DNA of 31,289 bases from a virus. Lineage: Duplodnaviria; Heunggongvirae; Uroviricota; Caudoviricetes. The translations under genes and the position numbers were made by a program. The stretch lies in IMG/VR virus record IMGVR_UViG_2734482594_000020. One strand, written 5' to 3'. Shown here one piece after another: positions 7,592-16,411 of this stretch (the first letter of the stretch is position 1; every line of letters starts with the position of its first letter). The notes beneath the pieces were generated by a model that searched no databases, was not told the DNA's origin, and saw only the letters and a program-made list of their open reading frames with translations.

Positions 7592-8736
7592 ACAGTTTAA
7601 CGGCAAATAACCGTTTGTCGCAACAGCTGGTGGTCAGTGTCGCTGCACACCTGTTGTTACGGCATGAATGCAGATTACCAAATCACCTGGCTGTAAGTAA
7701 CCACAGAGAACTTTACCTGACTGTGGGGGGCGAGTTGTGCAGGAACTTAACCGCTGGTTTCGTGACGGAAGAGGACTTTATGTTCATGTTATTCGTTGGG
7801 AGCCAGAAACACAGCGCGTTATCTATCTTCGCAAAGACTACCCGCATGAGTGCTTTAGTCCTTTGTGGAAATTCAGGCGTGATTTTGTTGAGTGTGAAGG
7901 ACCACCAGCACATTGATTCTGCCATTCCGGGCCGTTACACTGTTCAGGCACCTTATAAAGCGGGTGCCGGGATTGGCGTCCTGGAATTGCATACGGCGAC
8001 AATTGGCGCGTTAGCGTCTTTTTTGTTGCTACAACTCAGCTATACCCAAATTATGGTGGGCTGGGTGGGGGCACCGAAAGGTGCGCCGGTTTCCGTATGC
8101 GCCGGTTACGCCAACCCTGCTCAGTTCACCACCAGCGAAATTGGCGTTTCCGGTGGTGGAAGTTATCCATTGCATACGGAGGCTGCCATCATGGCTACGA
8201 TCCCTGCCTTAGTTCAACCTGAACTTTGCATTATTGCAGACAAAGTTGTTACTTCTTCTCTGGCTGTTGCTAGTTATTTCGGCAAACAACACAAAAACGT
8301 CATTCAAAAAATTGCGTCTCTTGAATGCTCTGCCGAATTTACTGAGCTGAATTTCCAGCTCAGTGAGTACATCGACGCATCAGGCCGCAAACTACCTTGC
8401 TATCAAATAACCCGCGACGGCTTTGCGTTTCTTGCTATGGGTTTCACGGGTAAACGTGCTGCCCAGTTCAAAGAGGCATACATCAATGCCTTTAACCAGA
8501 TGGAGAAACAGCTTTCAAAGCCCGCTGTACCGAGCGACGTTGCACATAACGCCAGCGTTCTCTGTTCCTACATTTCATCAATTCATCAGGTCTGGCTGCA
8601 GCAGCTTTATCCTATGTTGGCAAAAGCCGAATCTCCGCTGGCTGTTAGCTTATATGACTATATTAATGATGCTTCGGCGCTGGCCTGCCTCATAAATTTG
8701 TCGCTGAACCCTTCAGAGGTAAGGGGGCGCAAATGA
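7588..8736 (+). CDS. Rha/ORF6N-family phage regulatory protein (domain in residues ~202-300); start uncertain, alternative internal start at 8191
   Basis: 382-codon open frame with ATGA coupling to the upstream gene and GGAG before the ATG at 7588; the Rha-like motif 'SSLAVASYFGKQHKNVIQKI' lies after the internal ATG at 8191, which has its own GGAGG RBS. Confidence 0.5.
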   Translation: MNSLTANNRLSQQLVVSVAAHLLLRHECRLPNHLAVSNHRELYLTVGGELCRNLTAGFVTEEDFMFMLFVGSQKHSALSIFAKTTRMSALVLCGNSGVILLSVKDHQHIDSAIPGRYTVQAPYKAGAGIGVLELHTATIGALASFLLLQLSYTQIMVGWVGAPKGAPVSVCAGYANPAQFTTSEIGVSGGGSYPLHTEAAIMATIPALVQPELCIIADKVVTSSLAVASYFGKQHKNVIQKIASLECSAEFTELNFQLSEYIDASGRKLPCYQITRDGFAFLAMGFTGKRAAQFKEAYINAFNQMEKQLSKPAVPSDVAHNASVLCSYISSIHQVWLQQLYPMLAKAESPLAVSLYDYINDASALACLINLSLNPSEVRGRK

Positions 8737-8957
8737 TCCGGAATATTTTCAAACGTTTTACCAATCAGACTTTCCGTTGTCCTCGTCCGGGTCAGTGGTA
8801 CACCACGCCTGCAGGGCATGTTCTACGTGTTAGCCTGGTTGACCGTGAATGTCAGAAGGTGATTTGTGAACCGCTGGGCCGTAATTACCGCGTCAGTATG
8901 CCGCTTATAGCCTTTCGCTCCGGAAAAAACATGAAGCATCTCGGAGGTGCAGCATGA
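8733..8957 (+). CDS. small hypothetical protein (74 aa)
   Basis: ATGA overlaps at both ends couple it to the flanking genes. Confidence 0.45.
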   Translation: MIRNIFKRFTNQTFRCPRPGQWYTTPAGHVLRVSLVDRECQKVICEPLGRNYRVSMPLIAFRSGKNMKHLGGAA

Positions 8958-9772
8958 GTATGGAGCTGATGGTTAAAGCGATGAAAATTCGAGTGGGTAA
9001 TCCATTGCGAAAACTGGTTCTGATCAAGCTGGCTGATAATGCCAGCGATCAGGGTGAGTGCTGGCCCAGCTACCAGCATATTGCTGACCAGTGCGAGATT
9101 AGCAAACGTTCTGTGATGAATCATATTGCGGCCCTCTGTGAGTCCGGGCTGGTAAAAAAAGTCACCCGGAAAGGTGAAAAAGGTAACTCAAGTAATATCT
9201 ATCTTCTTCATCTTGATGGTGCAGGAGATTCACTAGGGGGTAGTGCAAATAATTCACTATCTGGTGCAGCAAATTCACCAGGTAGTGCAGGAGTTGCACC
9301 AGGGGGTAGTGCAGGAGATTCACCCAGAACCAGTCACTCTTTTGAACCAGTCAAAGAACCAGTCAATGAACCAATAGCTGTTGGTGCATCTGCTGATGAG
9401 TCTGTGCGAGTTCGTTCAAACCGACCGGAATACTCTCCGGAGTTTGAGCAGGCATGGCTGGCATACCCCAAACGTGCTGGTGGCAATTCAAAATCAGCAG
9501 CCTTCAAAGCCTGGAAAGCCCGTTTGAATGAGGGGGTAAACCCCGAAACCATGCTGGAAGGTGTGAAACGCTACTCGTGCTGGGTATCTGCGATGGGTAA
9601 CAGCGGCACACAATTTGTGAAACAGGCTGTCACGTTCTTTGGTCCGGATCGTCATTTCGAAGAATCCTGGGAAGTTCCTGCGGTATCTGCAGCCAGACGC
9701 GAGGACCCGTACTTCAAAGCCAGTTACGACAACGTGGACTACAGCCAGATCCCGGCAGGATTCAGGGGGTGA
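8954..9772 (+). CDS. replication initiator / replisome-organizer-like protein (N-terminal winged helix, low-complexity linker carrying iterons)
   Basis: N-terminal HTH resembling phage replication initiators; RBS GGAGG; five iteron-like repeats inside the linker-coding region, arranged as in lambda O/ori. Confidence 0.55.
   Translation: MSMELMVKAMKIRVGNPLRKLVLIKLADNASDQGECWPSYQHIADQCEISKRSVMNHIAALCESGLVKKVTRKGEKGNSSNIYLLHLDGAGDSLGGSANNSLSGAANSPGSAGVAPGGSAGDSPRTSHSFEPVKEPVNEPIAVGASADESVRVRSNRPEYSPEFEQAWLAYPKRAGGNSKSAAFKAWKARLNEGVNPETMLEGVKRYSCWVSAMGNSGTQFVKQAVTFFGPDRHFEESWEVPAVSAARREDPYFKASYDNVDYSQIPAGFRG
9219..9376 (+). repeat. iteron-like direct repeats (candidate origin of replication)
   Basis: Five copies of GTGCA-N5-TtCAC at 9219, 9243, 9264, 9285 and 9309 (21-24 bp spacing), then four copies of GAACCAgTCA at 9327, 9344, 9356 and 9368. 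Confidence 0.5.
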
Positions 9773-9774
9773 TT

Positions 9775-10263
9775 ATGAGTCTTTTGAATGAAGTTCAGAA
9801 ATTCATTGAAGCCCATCCGGGGTGTACTTCCGGAGACATTGCGGATGCTTTTGCAGGTTACTCACGGCAGCGCGTTCTGCAGTCAGCAAGCAAGTTACGT
9901 CAGAGTGGGCGTGTGGATCACCGTTGTGAAGGAGATACACGCAGACATTTCCCGCGCCTGACTGAGAGAGCGCAGGAACCGGAACCACAACCAGTTCGAG
10001 AAACCAGACCTGTGCGCAATTTCTATGTCGGCACTAACGACCCGCGGGAGATTTTGTGCCGGACCCGCCAGGCTGAAGAACTGGAGTCCAGGGGCTTATT
10101 TCGTCGTGCTGCAACCGTGTGGATGGCGGCATTCCGTGAAAGCCACTCCCAGCCAGAACGAAACAATTTTCTGGCGCGTCGTGAACGGTGTTTACGGAAA
10201 AGCAGTAAGCGGGCTGCATCGGGTGAAGAGTGGTATCTGTCAGGGAATTACGTGGGGGCTTAA
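9775..10263 (+). CDS. PerC-family transcriptional regulator-like protein
   Basis: C-terminal 'ELESRGLFRRAATVWMAAF...ARRERC' resembles the PerC/Pch signature as I recall it; ATG at 9775 with AGGGGG upstream (the track's GTG at 9769 is an alternative). Confidence 0.4.
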   Translation: MSLLNEVQKFIEAHPGCTSGDIADAFAGYSRQRVLQSASKLRQSGRVDHRCEGDTRRHFPRLTERAQEPEPQPVRETRPVRNFYVGTNDPREILCRTRQAEELESRGLFRRAATVWMAAFRESHSQPERNNFLARRERCLRKSSKRAASGEEWYLSGNYVGA

Positions 10264-10916
10264 TGAGTAATAAATATTGCCAGGCGCTGGCGGAACTGCG
10301 GAACAAACCAGCCCATGAACTGAAGGAAGTGGGCGATCAGTGGCGCACGCCGGACAACATTTTCTGGGGAATTAACACCCTGTTTGGCCCGTTTGTTCTG
10401 GATCTGTTCACTGACGGTGATAACGCCAAATGTGCTGCGTATTACACGGCGGAAGACAACGCGCTGGCGCATGACTGGTCAGAACGCCTTGCGGAGCTTA
10501 AAGGTGCTGCCTTTGGTAATCCCCCATACAGCCGCGCCAGTCAGCATGAGGGGCAATACATCACCGGCATGCGTTACATCATGAAGCATGCCAGTGCCAT
10601 GCGTGATAAAGGCGGGCGCTATGTTTTCCTGATCAAAGCTGCCACCAGCGAAGTGTGGTGGCCGGAAGATGCAGATCATATTGCTTTTATTCGCGGGCGT
10701 ATTGGTTTTGAACTGCCTGCCTGGTTTATCCCGAAGGATGAGAAGCAGGTGCCGACAGGCGCTTTCTTCGCTGGTGCTATTGCTGTTTTCGACAAGACCT
10801 GGAAGGGACCGGCAATCAGCTACATCGGGCGCGATGAACTTGAGGCATGTGGTGAGGCCTTTCTGGCGCAGGTTCGCCAGCAGGCAGAAAAACTGGTCAG
10901 GGAGATGGCGGCATGA
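10263..10916 (+). CDS. phage Dam-like DNA N6-adenine methyltransferase (NPPY motif)
   Basis: Catalytic 'GNPPYS' motif; TAATG overlap with the upstream stop; no adjacent restriction endonuclease. Confidence 0.7.
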   Translation: MSNKYCQALAELRNKPAHELKEVGDQWRTPDNIFWGINTLFGPFVLDLFTDGDNAKCAAYYTAEDNALAHDWSERLAELKGAAFGNPPYSRASQHEGQYITGMRYIMKHASAMRDKGGRYVFLIKAATSEVWWPEDADHIAFIRGRIGFELPAWFIPKDEKQVPTGAFFAGAIAVFDKTWKGPAISYIGRDELEACGEAFLAQVRQQAEKLVREMAA

Positions 10917-11239
10917 CGACGTTAACTCAATGCCAGCAGCAGGTGCTGGATATGCTGATTTCTTACCAGCAAGAGCGTGGCTTTCCGCCAACCAATCAGG
11001 AGGTGGCAACCATGCTGGGATACCGTTCGGTGAATGCAGCGGTGGAGCATCTTCGCGCACTGGAGAAAAAAGGCGTCATCACGATAAAGCGTGGCGTGGC
11101 CCGGGGGATCACGCTTCATACCGCAGTGAAGGACGACGACAGCGAAGCGGTCGGGATTATCCGCGCACTGCTTGCCGGTGAGGAAAACGCCAGGCTGCGT
11201 GCAACCCACTGGTTACATGAGAGGGACCTGAAAGTATGA
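10913..11239 (+). CDS. LexA N-terminal DNA-binding-domain protein lacking the S24 protease domain
   Basis: Aligns by eye along residues 5-65 with the E. coli LexA winged-helix domain ('RSVNAAVEHLRALEKKGVITI' versus 'RSPNAAEEHLKALARKGVIEI'); ends at 108 aa. Confidence 0.7.
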   Translation: MTTLTQCQQQVLDMLISYQQERGFPPTNQEVATMLGYRSVNAAVEHLRALEKKGVITIKRGVARGITLHTAVKDDDSEAVGIIRALLAGEENARLRATHWLHERDLKV

Positions 11240-11625
11240 AGCTGATCCTGCCTTTTCCGCCCAGTGTGAACACGTACTGGCGACACCCCAACAAAGGGGC
11301 ATTTGCTGGTAAGAGCCTGATAAGCGAGGCGGGGCGAAAATTTCAGAGCGCGGCGTGCGCAGCAATAGTTGAGCAGTTACGTCGTCTGCCGAAACCAACG
11401 TCGGCACCTGCTTCAGTGGAGATCGTGTTGTTTCCGCCGGATAACCGGATCCGCGATCTGGACAACTATAACAAGGCGCTGTTTGACGCCCTGACCCATG
11501 CGGGTGTGTGGGAAGACGACAGACAGGTGAAAAGAATGTTGGTGGAGTGGGGACCGGTTATCCCGAAAGGGAAGGTCGAGATCACTATCAGTAAGTATGA
11601 GAAACCGGCGGGTGCAGCCGCCTGA
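11236..11625 (+). CDS. rusA: RusA-family Holliday junction resolvase
   Basis: 'RDLDNYNKALFDALTHAGVWEDD' catalytic-Asp region typical of RusA; about 129 aa. Confidence 0.85.
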   Translation: MKLILPFPPSVNTYWRHPNKGAFAGKSLISEAGRKFQSAACAAIVEQLRRLPKPTSAPASVEIVLFPPDNRIRDLDNYNKALFDALTHAGVWEDDRQVKRMLVEWGPVIPKGKVEITISKYEKPAGAAA

Positions 11626-11644
11626 TTAAGAGGAGAAACGAAGT

Positions 11645-12454
11645 ATGAATAATCTGATGGTCATTGATGGTATTGAAGTTCGTCGTGATGCTTATGGGCG
11701 TTACAGCCTGAACGATCTGCATCGCGCAGCAGTAGCATCTGGTGCAAATGCCAGAACCAAGGAGCCAGGAAAGTTTCTTTCCAGCCAACAAACTGTTGAG
11801 CTTGTTCATGAATTGACCAACACCCAGAATTTGGGTGTTGACCCGGTGAGTGTGATTCATGGGGGAAATGAACGGGGAACGTATGTCTGCAAGGAACTGG
11901 TGTATGCCTATGCAATGTGGATCAGCCCGTCATTCCATCTGAAAGTGATCCGTACTTTCGATATGGTAACCAGCGCACCGGAAAAATTATCCGGGCAGGC
12001 TGCTGACAAGATGCAGGCTGGCGTGATCCTGCTGGACTTTATGCGCCGGGAGTTAAACCTGTCTAACTCTTCAGTGCTTGGTGCCTGTCAGAAACTCCAG
12101 GAGGCTGTTGGCTTACCGAATCTGGCACCGCGCTATGCCATTGATGCTCCTGCTGATGCACACGATGGCTCAAGTCGCCCGACACTGTCACTGAGCGCAC
12201 TGCTGAAACAGTATGGTATACGCCTGACGGCTAATCAGGCATATCACCAGATGGTGAAACTGGGGATCGTCGAGCAGCGCGAACGATACAGCCGTACCGC
12301 GATTAACAACATCAAAAAATTCTGGTCGCTGACAGCGAAAGGTTGCATGTTCGGCAAGAACATCACCAGTCCCGCAAATCCGCGCGAGACGCAGCCGCAT
12401 TTCTTCGAATCCCGATTCCCTGAGCTGTTAAAGCTGCTCGATACCGTTCATTGA
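11645..12454 (+). CDS. KilA-N domain protein
   Basis: N-terminal KilA-N-like region ('GGNERGTYVCKELVYAYAMWISPSFHLKV'); RBS AGGAG before the ATG. Confidence 0.6.
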   Translation: MNNLMVIDGIEVRRDAYGRYSLNDLHRAAVASGANARTKEPGKFLSSQQTVELVHELTNTQNLGVDPVSVIHGGNERGTYVCKELVYAYAMWISPSFHLKVIRTFDMVTSAPEKLSGQAADKMQAGVILLDFMRRELNLSNSSVLGACQKLQEAVGLPNLAPRYAIDAPADAHDGSSRPTLSLSALLKQYGIRLTANQAYHQMVKLGIVEQRERYSRTAINNIKKFWSLTAKGCMFGKNITSPANPRETQPHFFESRFPELLKLLDTVH

Positions 12455-12461
12455 GGTGACC

Positions 12462-13451
12462 GTGAGAGCACTACTGACCCCTGAAATTGCCCCGCGTATG
12501 GGGATCGTATTGTTCAGGCCTGGTTCAGAGCTGATGCCCCTGTTTATGCAGGGGCGTGTCCTGCTGGAGCCTGAGCCGGAGCGTTATTCATCTTTCGCCA
12601 GTGGTGCCGTTCCGGCGGCATCACAACCGCTGGCGGATGATCCTGCCGTTCGGGCCGTGTTCCGCAATGAGGCAGTGATCCGTCGTGCTGGTGGCGTGGA
12701 ATGTCTTGAAAGCTGGTTACTTCGTGAAAAAGGCTGCCAGTGGCCTCATTCCGACTGGCACAGCGAGAACATGACCACAATGCGACACGCTCCGGGTGCA
12801 ATCCGTCTGTGCTGGCACTGCGATAACCAGCTGCGCGATCAGTTCACGGAACGGCTGGAATCAATGGCAACGGATAACTGTGCCCGCTGGGTGTTGTCTG
12901 TTGTGCGTCGGGATCTCGGTTTTGATGACAGTCACGTTGTGACAATGCCGGAACTGTGCTGGTGGCTGATTCGTAATGATCTGGCGGATGCCTTACCGGA
13001 AAGTGCAGCCCGTAAGGCACTGAGATTACCGAAGCCTGTTGTGCCGTCTGTTACCCGGGAAAGTGACCTTGTGCCTTCGGTTCCTGCCACCAGCATCATC
13101 CAGGATAAGGCGAAAAAGGTGCTGGCGCTGAAAGTGGATCCGGAGTCGCCGGAGTCTTTTATGTTACGCCCAAAACGTCGCCGCTGGGTTAATGAAAAGT
13201 ACACGCGCTGGGTTAAGACACAGCCGTGTGCATGTTGTGGAAAGCCCGCTGATGATCCCCACCATCTGATAGGTCACGGTCAGGGTGGAATGGGAACAAA
13301 AGCGCATGACCTTTTTGTGTTGCCTTTGTGCAGAAAGCATCACGACGAGCTGCATGCGGATACCGTGGCATTTGAAGAGAAGTATGGCTCCCAGTTGAAG
13401 CTGATATTTCGTTTTATCGATCGCGCGCTGGCAATTGGCGTGCTGGCCTGA
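12462..13451 (+). CDS. DUF968-family protein with C-terminal HNH/zinc-finger-like motif
   Basis: C-terminal 'CACCGK...HH...[12 protein letters not shown]'; GTG at 12462 has better SD spacing than the track's GTG at 12456. Confidence 0.5.
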   Translation: MRALLTPEIAPRMGIVLFRPGSELMPLFMQGRVLLEPEPERYSSFASGAVPAASQPLADDPAVRAVFRNEAVIRRAGGVECLESWLLREKGCQWPHSDWHSENMTTMRHAPGAIRLCWHCDNQLRDQFTERLESMATDNCARWVLSVVRRDLGFDDSHVVTMPELCWWLIRNDLADALPESAARKALRLPKPVVPSVTRESDLVPSVPATSIIQDKAKKVLALKVDPESPESFMLRPKRRRWVNEKYTRWVKTQPCACCGKPADDPHHLIGHGQGGMGTKAHDLFVLPLCRKHHDELHADTVAFEEKYGSQLKLIFRFIDRALAIGVLA

Positions 13452-13468
13452 TTGTGTGGAGAAAGTTG

Positions 13469-13834
13469 ATGCGTGATATTCAAATGGTTCTTGAACGTTG
13501 GGGGGCATGGGTGGCAAATAATCACGAGGATGTCACTTGGTCGTTTATTGCTGCAGGATTTAAAGGACTAATCCCTTCAAAAGTAAAATCCCGCCCGCAA
13601 TGTTGTGACGATGACGCGATGATCATTTGTGGATGCATGGCTCGCCTGAAAAAGAACAACAGCGATTTGCACGATTTATTAGTGGATTATTATGTAGGTG
13701 GTATGACGTTTATGGCGCTTGCCCGTAAACATGGGCGTTCTGATTGCTGGGTTGGGCGTTTATTGCAAAAGGCTGAAGGTGTAGTTGATGGCATGTTAAT
13801 GATGTTAGAAATTGAGCTAGAGATGGATCGTTAG
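13469..13834 (+). CDS. Q: late-gene antiterminator Q (phage 21/82-type)
   Basis: '[18 protein letters not shown]...[12 protein letters not shown]' matches my memory of the Q21-type family; GGAG 7 nt before the ATG at 13469; sits immediately before the lysis region. Confidence 0.65.
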   Translation: MRDIQMVLERWGAWVANNHEDVTWSFIAAGFKGLIPSKVKSRPQCCDDDAMIICGCMARLKKNNSDLHDLLVDYYVGGMTFMALARKHGRSDCWVGRLLQKAEGVVDGMLMMLEIELEMDR

Positions 13835-13876
13835 AAGACCTCTTATTGAGAGGGTAATTGAATCAGTTTAATGTGT

Positions 13877-13908
13877 GGGGAGTCGATTTATTCTCCCCAT
13901 TTTATTTA
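13877..13908 (+). terminator. rho-independent terminator just downstream of Q (tR'-like candidate)
   Basis: GGGGAG-(10 nt)-CTCCCC followed by ATTTTATTT. Confidence 0.6.
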
Positions 13909-13918
13909 ATTAATTTAC

Positions 13919-14365
13919 TTAAGGTTTTAATTCATCAAGACGTTGTTGGATAGTGTTTTTGCTTGCGTTGTCTGTTATAGCCATTTGTTGTACTTGCCCC
14001 ATTGCCATTTGAGTTTCCATCCACATATCGGCCCACACTTTTGTATCGTTATTAACTTGAGCGATAGTAAATCTGACTTTTGATACCGGGGTTGTTGAAT
14101 AGGCATTGCCGATTAACATTTGTCCAAAAACAGCAGACCCGCCTTCCAGTTCTTTACCACATATAACACTGCTGTTATCCGCGTTGTAAATTATCAACCC
14201 TCTACTATTGCAGTAATTCACAAGGGCATCTTTGACTTTATCTTTTGTCGTATTTTGATAAACCCCCTCAGGTTTTCCTGATTGAGTTTTCTTTATCAAT
14301 GGTACGGAAGAAGTACAACCTGAAATGATAGTTGCGCTAAGTAATAGTACAGTCATTTTATTCAT
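13919..14365 (-). CDS. lipoprotein (antisense moron between Q and the late genes)
   Basis: Signal peptide with lipobox 'IISGC'; AT-rich; own promoter candidate on the minus strand (-35 TTGATT, -10 AATAAT around 14400-14430). Confidence 0.6.
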   Translation of the reverse strand: MNKMTVLLLSATIISGCTSSVPLIKKTQSGKPEGVYQNTTKDKVKDALVNYCNSRGLIIYNADNSSVICGKELEGGSAVFGQMLIGNAYSTTPVSKVRFTIAQVNNDTKVWADMWMETQMAMGQVQQMAITDNASKNTIQQRLDELKP

Positions 14366-14488
14366 GTTTCTTATCCATTGTTAAGGGCATACCTACACAA
14401 TTATTTTTATTGGAGATGAATAATCAACCGTTTACAATCGTAAAAAATCAAATATGCTGTTAAGAGTGGTTACTTCGCCACACAACTT

Positions 14489-14514
14489 AAACCCGCCACT
14501 GAGCGGGTTTTTTG
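14489..14514 (+). terminator. rho-independent terminator
   Basis: AAACCCGC-cactga-GCGGGTTT followed by TTTTGT. Confidence 0.6.
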
Positions 14515-14635
14515 TACCTGTAAACTTGGTGCAGTACAGTAAACACGCTGGTGGTCGTGAATACTGACTTTTTATCTTGCTGGCTTTTTAGACAAGAGTT
14601 ATTGGTATGTCATGTTAACCAGAAGGGAAAAAGAC

Positions 14636-14839
14636 ATGCTAAAACAGCAAGATATGACAGAAACCGCCGCCGCAGTCCTTCATTTCTTACCTGCTGACAA
14701 GTGGGTAACGCCACGCATGATGACGAGAACTACCGGAGTAAGCGAAGCCCAGTGCCAGTTAATACTGACTCAGTTAGTTCTGGCGGGTCTGGCGAAGGAT
14801 AACGGCGGGTACGGGAATAAATTCAGACGCTGCCAGTAA
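14636..14839 (+). CDS. small putative winged-helix DNA-binding protein
   Basis: ATG at 14636 with AGAAGGG 8 nt upstream; helix-turn-helix-like composition is weak evidence only. Confidence 0.4.
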   Translation: MLKQQDMTETAAAVLHFLPADKWVTPRMMTRTTGVSEAQCQLILTQLVLAGLAKDNGGYGNKFRRCQ

Positions 14840-14989
14840 TGGCGGTTTCCTGCTGTGAAAATGGGCGGCTGGTGGGTGTTGGTAGCACCTGCCAGCCATT
14901 CGCTCATGCTTACTGGTCACAAGCGAACCACGGCCCACTGCTTTAGCGCAAAAGCAGAGTGAGCCTACCAGAGTTACGCTTACTGATCC

Positions 14990-16042
14990 ATGAAAAATAC
15001 TGTAAAAATAAACAGTGTTGATTTAATCAACGCTGATTGCCTGCATTTTATTCAGTCCCTGCCTGATAACTCCATTGATCTGATTGTTACCGATCCGCCG
15101 TACTTCAAAGTGAAGCCCAACGGCTGGGACAATCAGTGGAAAGGGGACGAAGATTACCTGAAGTGGCTGGACCACTGTCTGGCCCAGTTCTGGCGGGTAC
15201 TGAAACCAGCCGGAAGCCTTTACCTGTTCTGTGGGCATCGCCTGGCATCTGATATTGAGATCATGATGCGTGAACGTTTCAACGTGCTTAACCATATCAT
15301 CTGGGCGAAGCCGTCCGGACGTTGGAATGGGTGTAATAAAGAAAGTCTGCGTGCATATTTTCCTGCCACAGAGCGCGTTCTGTTTGCTGAACATTACCAG
15401 GGGCCATATCGCGGCAAAAGTGACGGCTATGCGGCAAAAGAAAGGGAACTCAAACAGCACATAATGGCACCGCTGATTTCGTATTTCAGGGATGCTCGTG
15501 CCGAACTGGGTATAACGGCAAAACAAATTGCCGAAGCCACAGGTAAGAAAAATATGGTTTCCCACTGGTTTGGTGCCAGTCAGTGGCAGTTGCCGAATGA
15601 GGCTGACTATCGGAAGTTACAGGCACTGTTTTCCCGTATAGCGGCAGAGAAGTTTCAGGAACAACAACTGGAACAACCACACCACCAGCTGGTGGCATCT
15701 TATGATTCACTGAATCGCAAATATTCTGAATTGCTGGATGAGTTTAAATCTCTCCGGCGCTATTTCTCCGTATCAGTCTCCGTGCCTTATACCGATGTCT
15801 GGATGCATAAACCCGTTCAGTTCTACCCGGGGAAACATCCGTGTGAGAAACCGGCGGATATGCTCAGGCAAATAATCAATGCCAGTAGTCGACCTGGTGA
15901 TCTGGTTGCTGATTTTTTTATGGGATCCGGTTCCACAATAAAAGCAGCAATGGCGCTGGGGCGTCGGGCCTTAGGTGTTGAGCTTGAGTCAGAGCGGTTT
16001 AATCAGACAGTGAAAGAGATAAACGAGCTGGTGGGGAAATAA
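14990..16042 (+). CDS. orphan DNA methyltransferase (N6-adenine/N4-cytosine class, DPPY motif)
   Basis: 'LIVTDPPYF' catalytic motif near the N-terminus and C-terminal 'FFMGSGST' AdoMet-binding motif; no restriction partner nearby. Confidence 0.7.
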
Positions 16043-16048
16043 TCTGGT

Positions 16049-16074
16049 GGCCACGTCAGGTGGCCTTTTTATTT
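16049..16074 (+). terminator. rho-independent terminator between the methyltransferase and the holin
   Basis: GGCCAC-gtcag-GTGGCC followed by TTTTTATTT. Confidence 0.5.
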
Positions 16075-16109
16075 CCATTACACAGCACCCGCATCTGCGA
16101 GGTGGGGTT

Positions 16110-16325
16110 ATGAAATCCATGGATAAGTTAACAACGGGTGTCGCCTATGGCACCTCAGCAGGTAGTGCCGGGTACTGGTTTTTACAGTTGCTCGATAAAG
16201 TCACGCCCTCACAGTGGGCGGCAATAGGTGTGCTGGGTAGTCTGGTATTTGGCCTGCTGACGTACCTGACAAACCTTTATTTCAAGATTAAAGAAGATAA
16301 GCGCAAGGCTGCGAGAGGTGAATAA
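16110..16325 (+). CDS. class II holin / pinholin (phage 21 S-like) with dual-start motif
   Basis: Near-identity by memory to S21 ('MKSMDK...[13 protein letters not shown]...[11 protein letters not shown]...NLYFKI'); two in-frame Met (16110 and 16119) separated by a Lys codon. Confidence 0.8.
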
Positions 16326-16411
16326 TGCCTCCATCATTACGAAAAGCAGTTGCTGCTGCTATTGGTGGCGGAGCAATTGCTATAGCATCAGTGTTAATCA
16401 CTGGTCCGAGT
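16325..16411 (+). CDS. SAR endolysin (phage 21 R-like), N-terminal 29 codons only; gene runs into the N gap
   Basis: '[29 protein letters not shown]' matches the signal-anchor-release domain of R21 as I recall it; TAATG overlap with the holin stop. Confidence 0.7.

Noticed and set aside
7737-7916. 59-codon ORF (GTG start after GGGGGG) as an independent gene
   Set aside because: Not fully rejected, but it overlaps a 382-codon open frame that is statistically unlikely to be non-coding; kept as a finding rather than a feature.
10479-11060. 193-aa minus-strand ORF across the Dam and LexA-like genes
   Set aside because: Antisense to two well-supported + strand genes with recognisable motifs.
14930-14960. 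Possible LexA/SOS box (CTG-N14-CAG palindrome CTGCTTTAGCGCAAAAGCAG)
   Set aside because: Spacing does not fit the CTGT-N8-ACAG consensus; more likely a simple hairpin.
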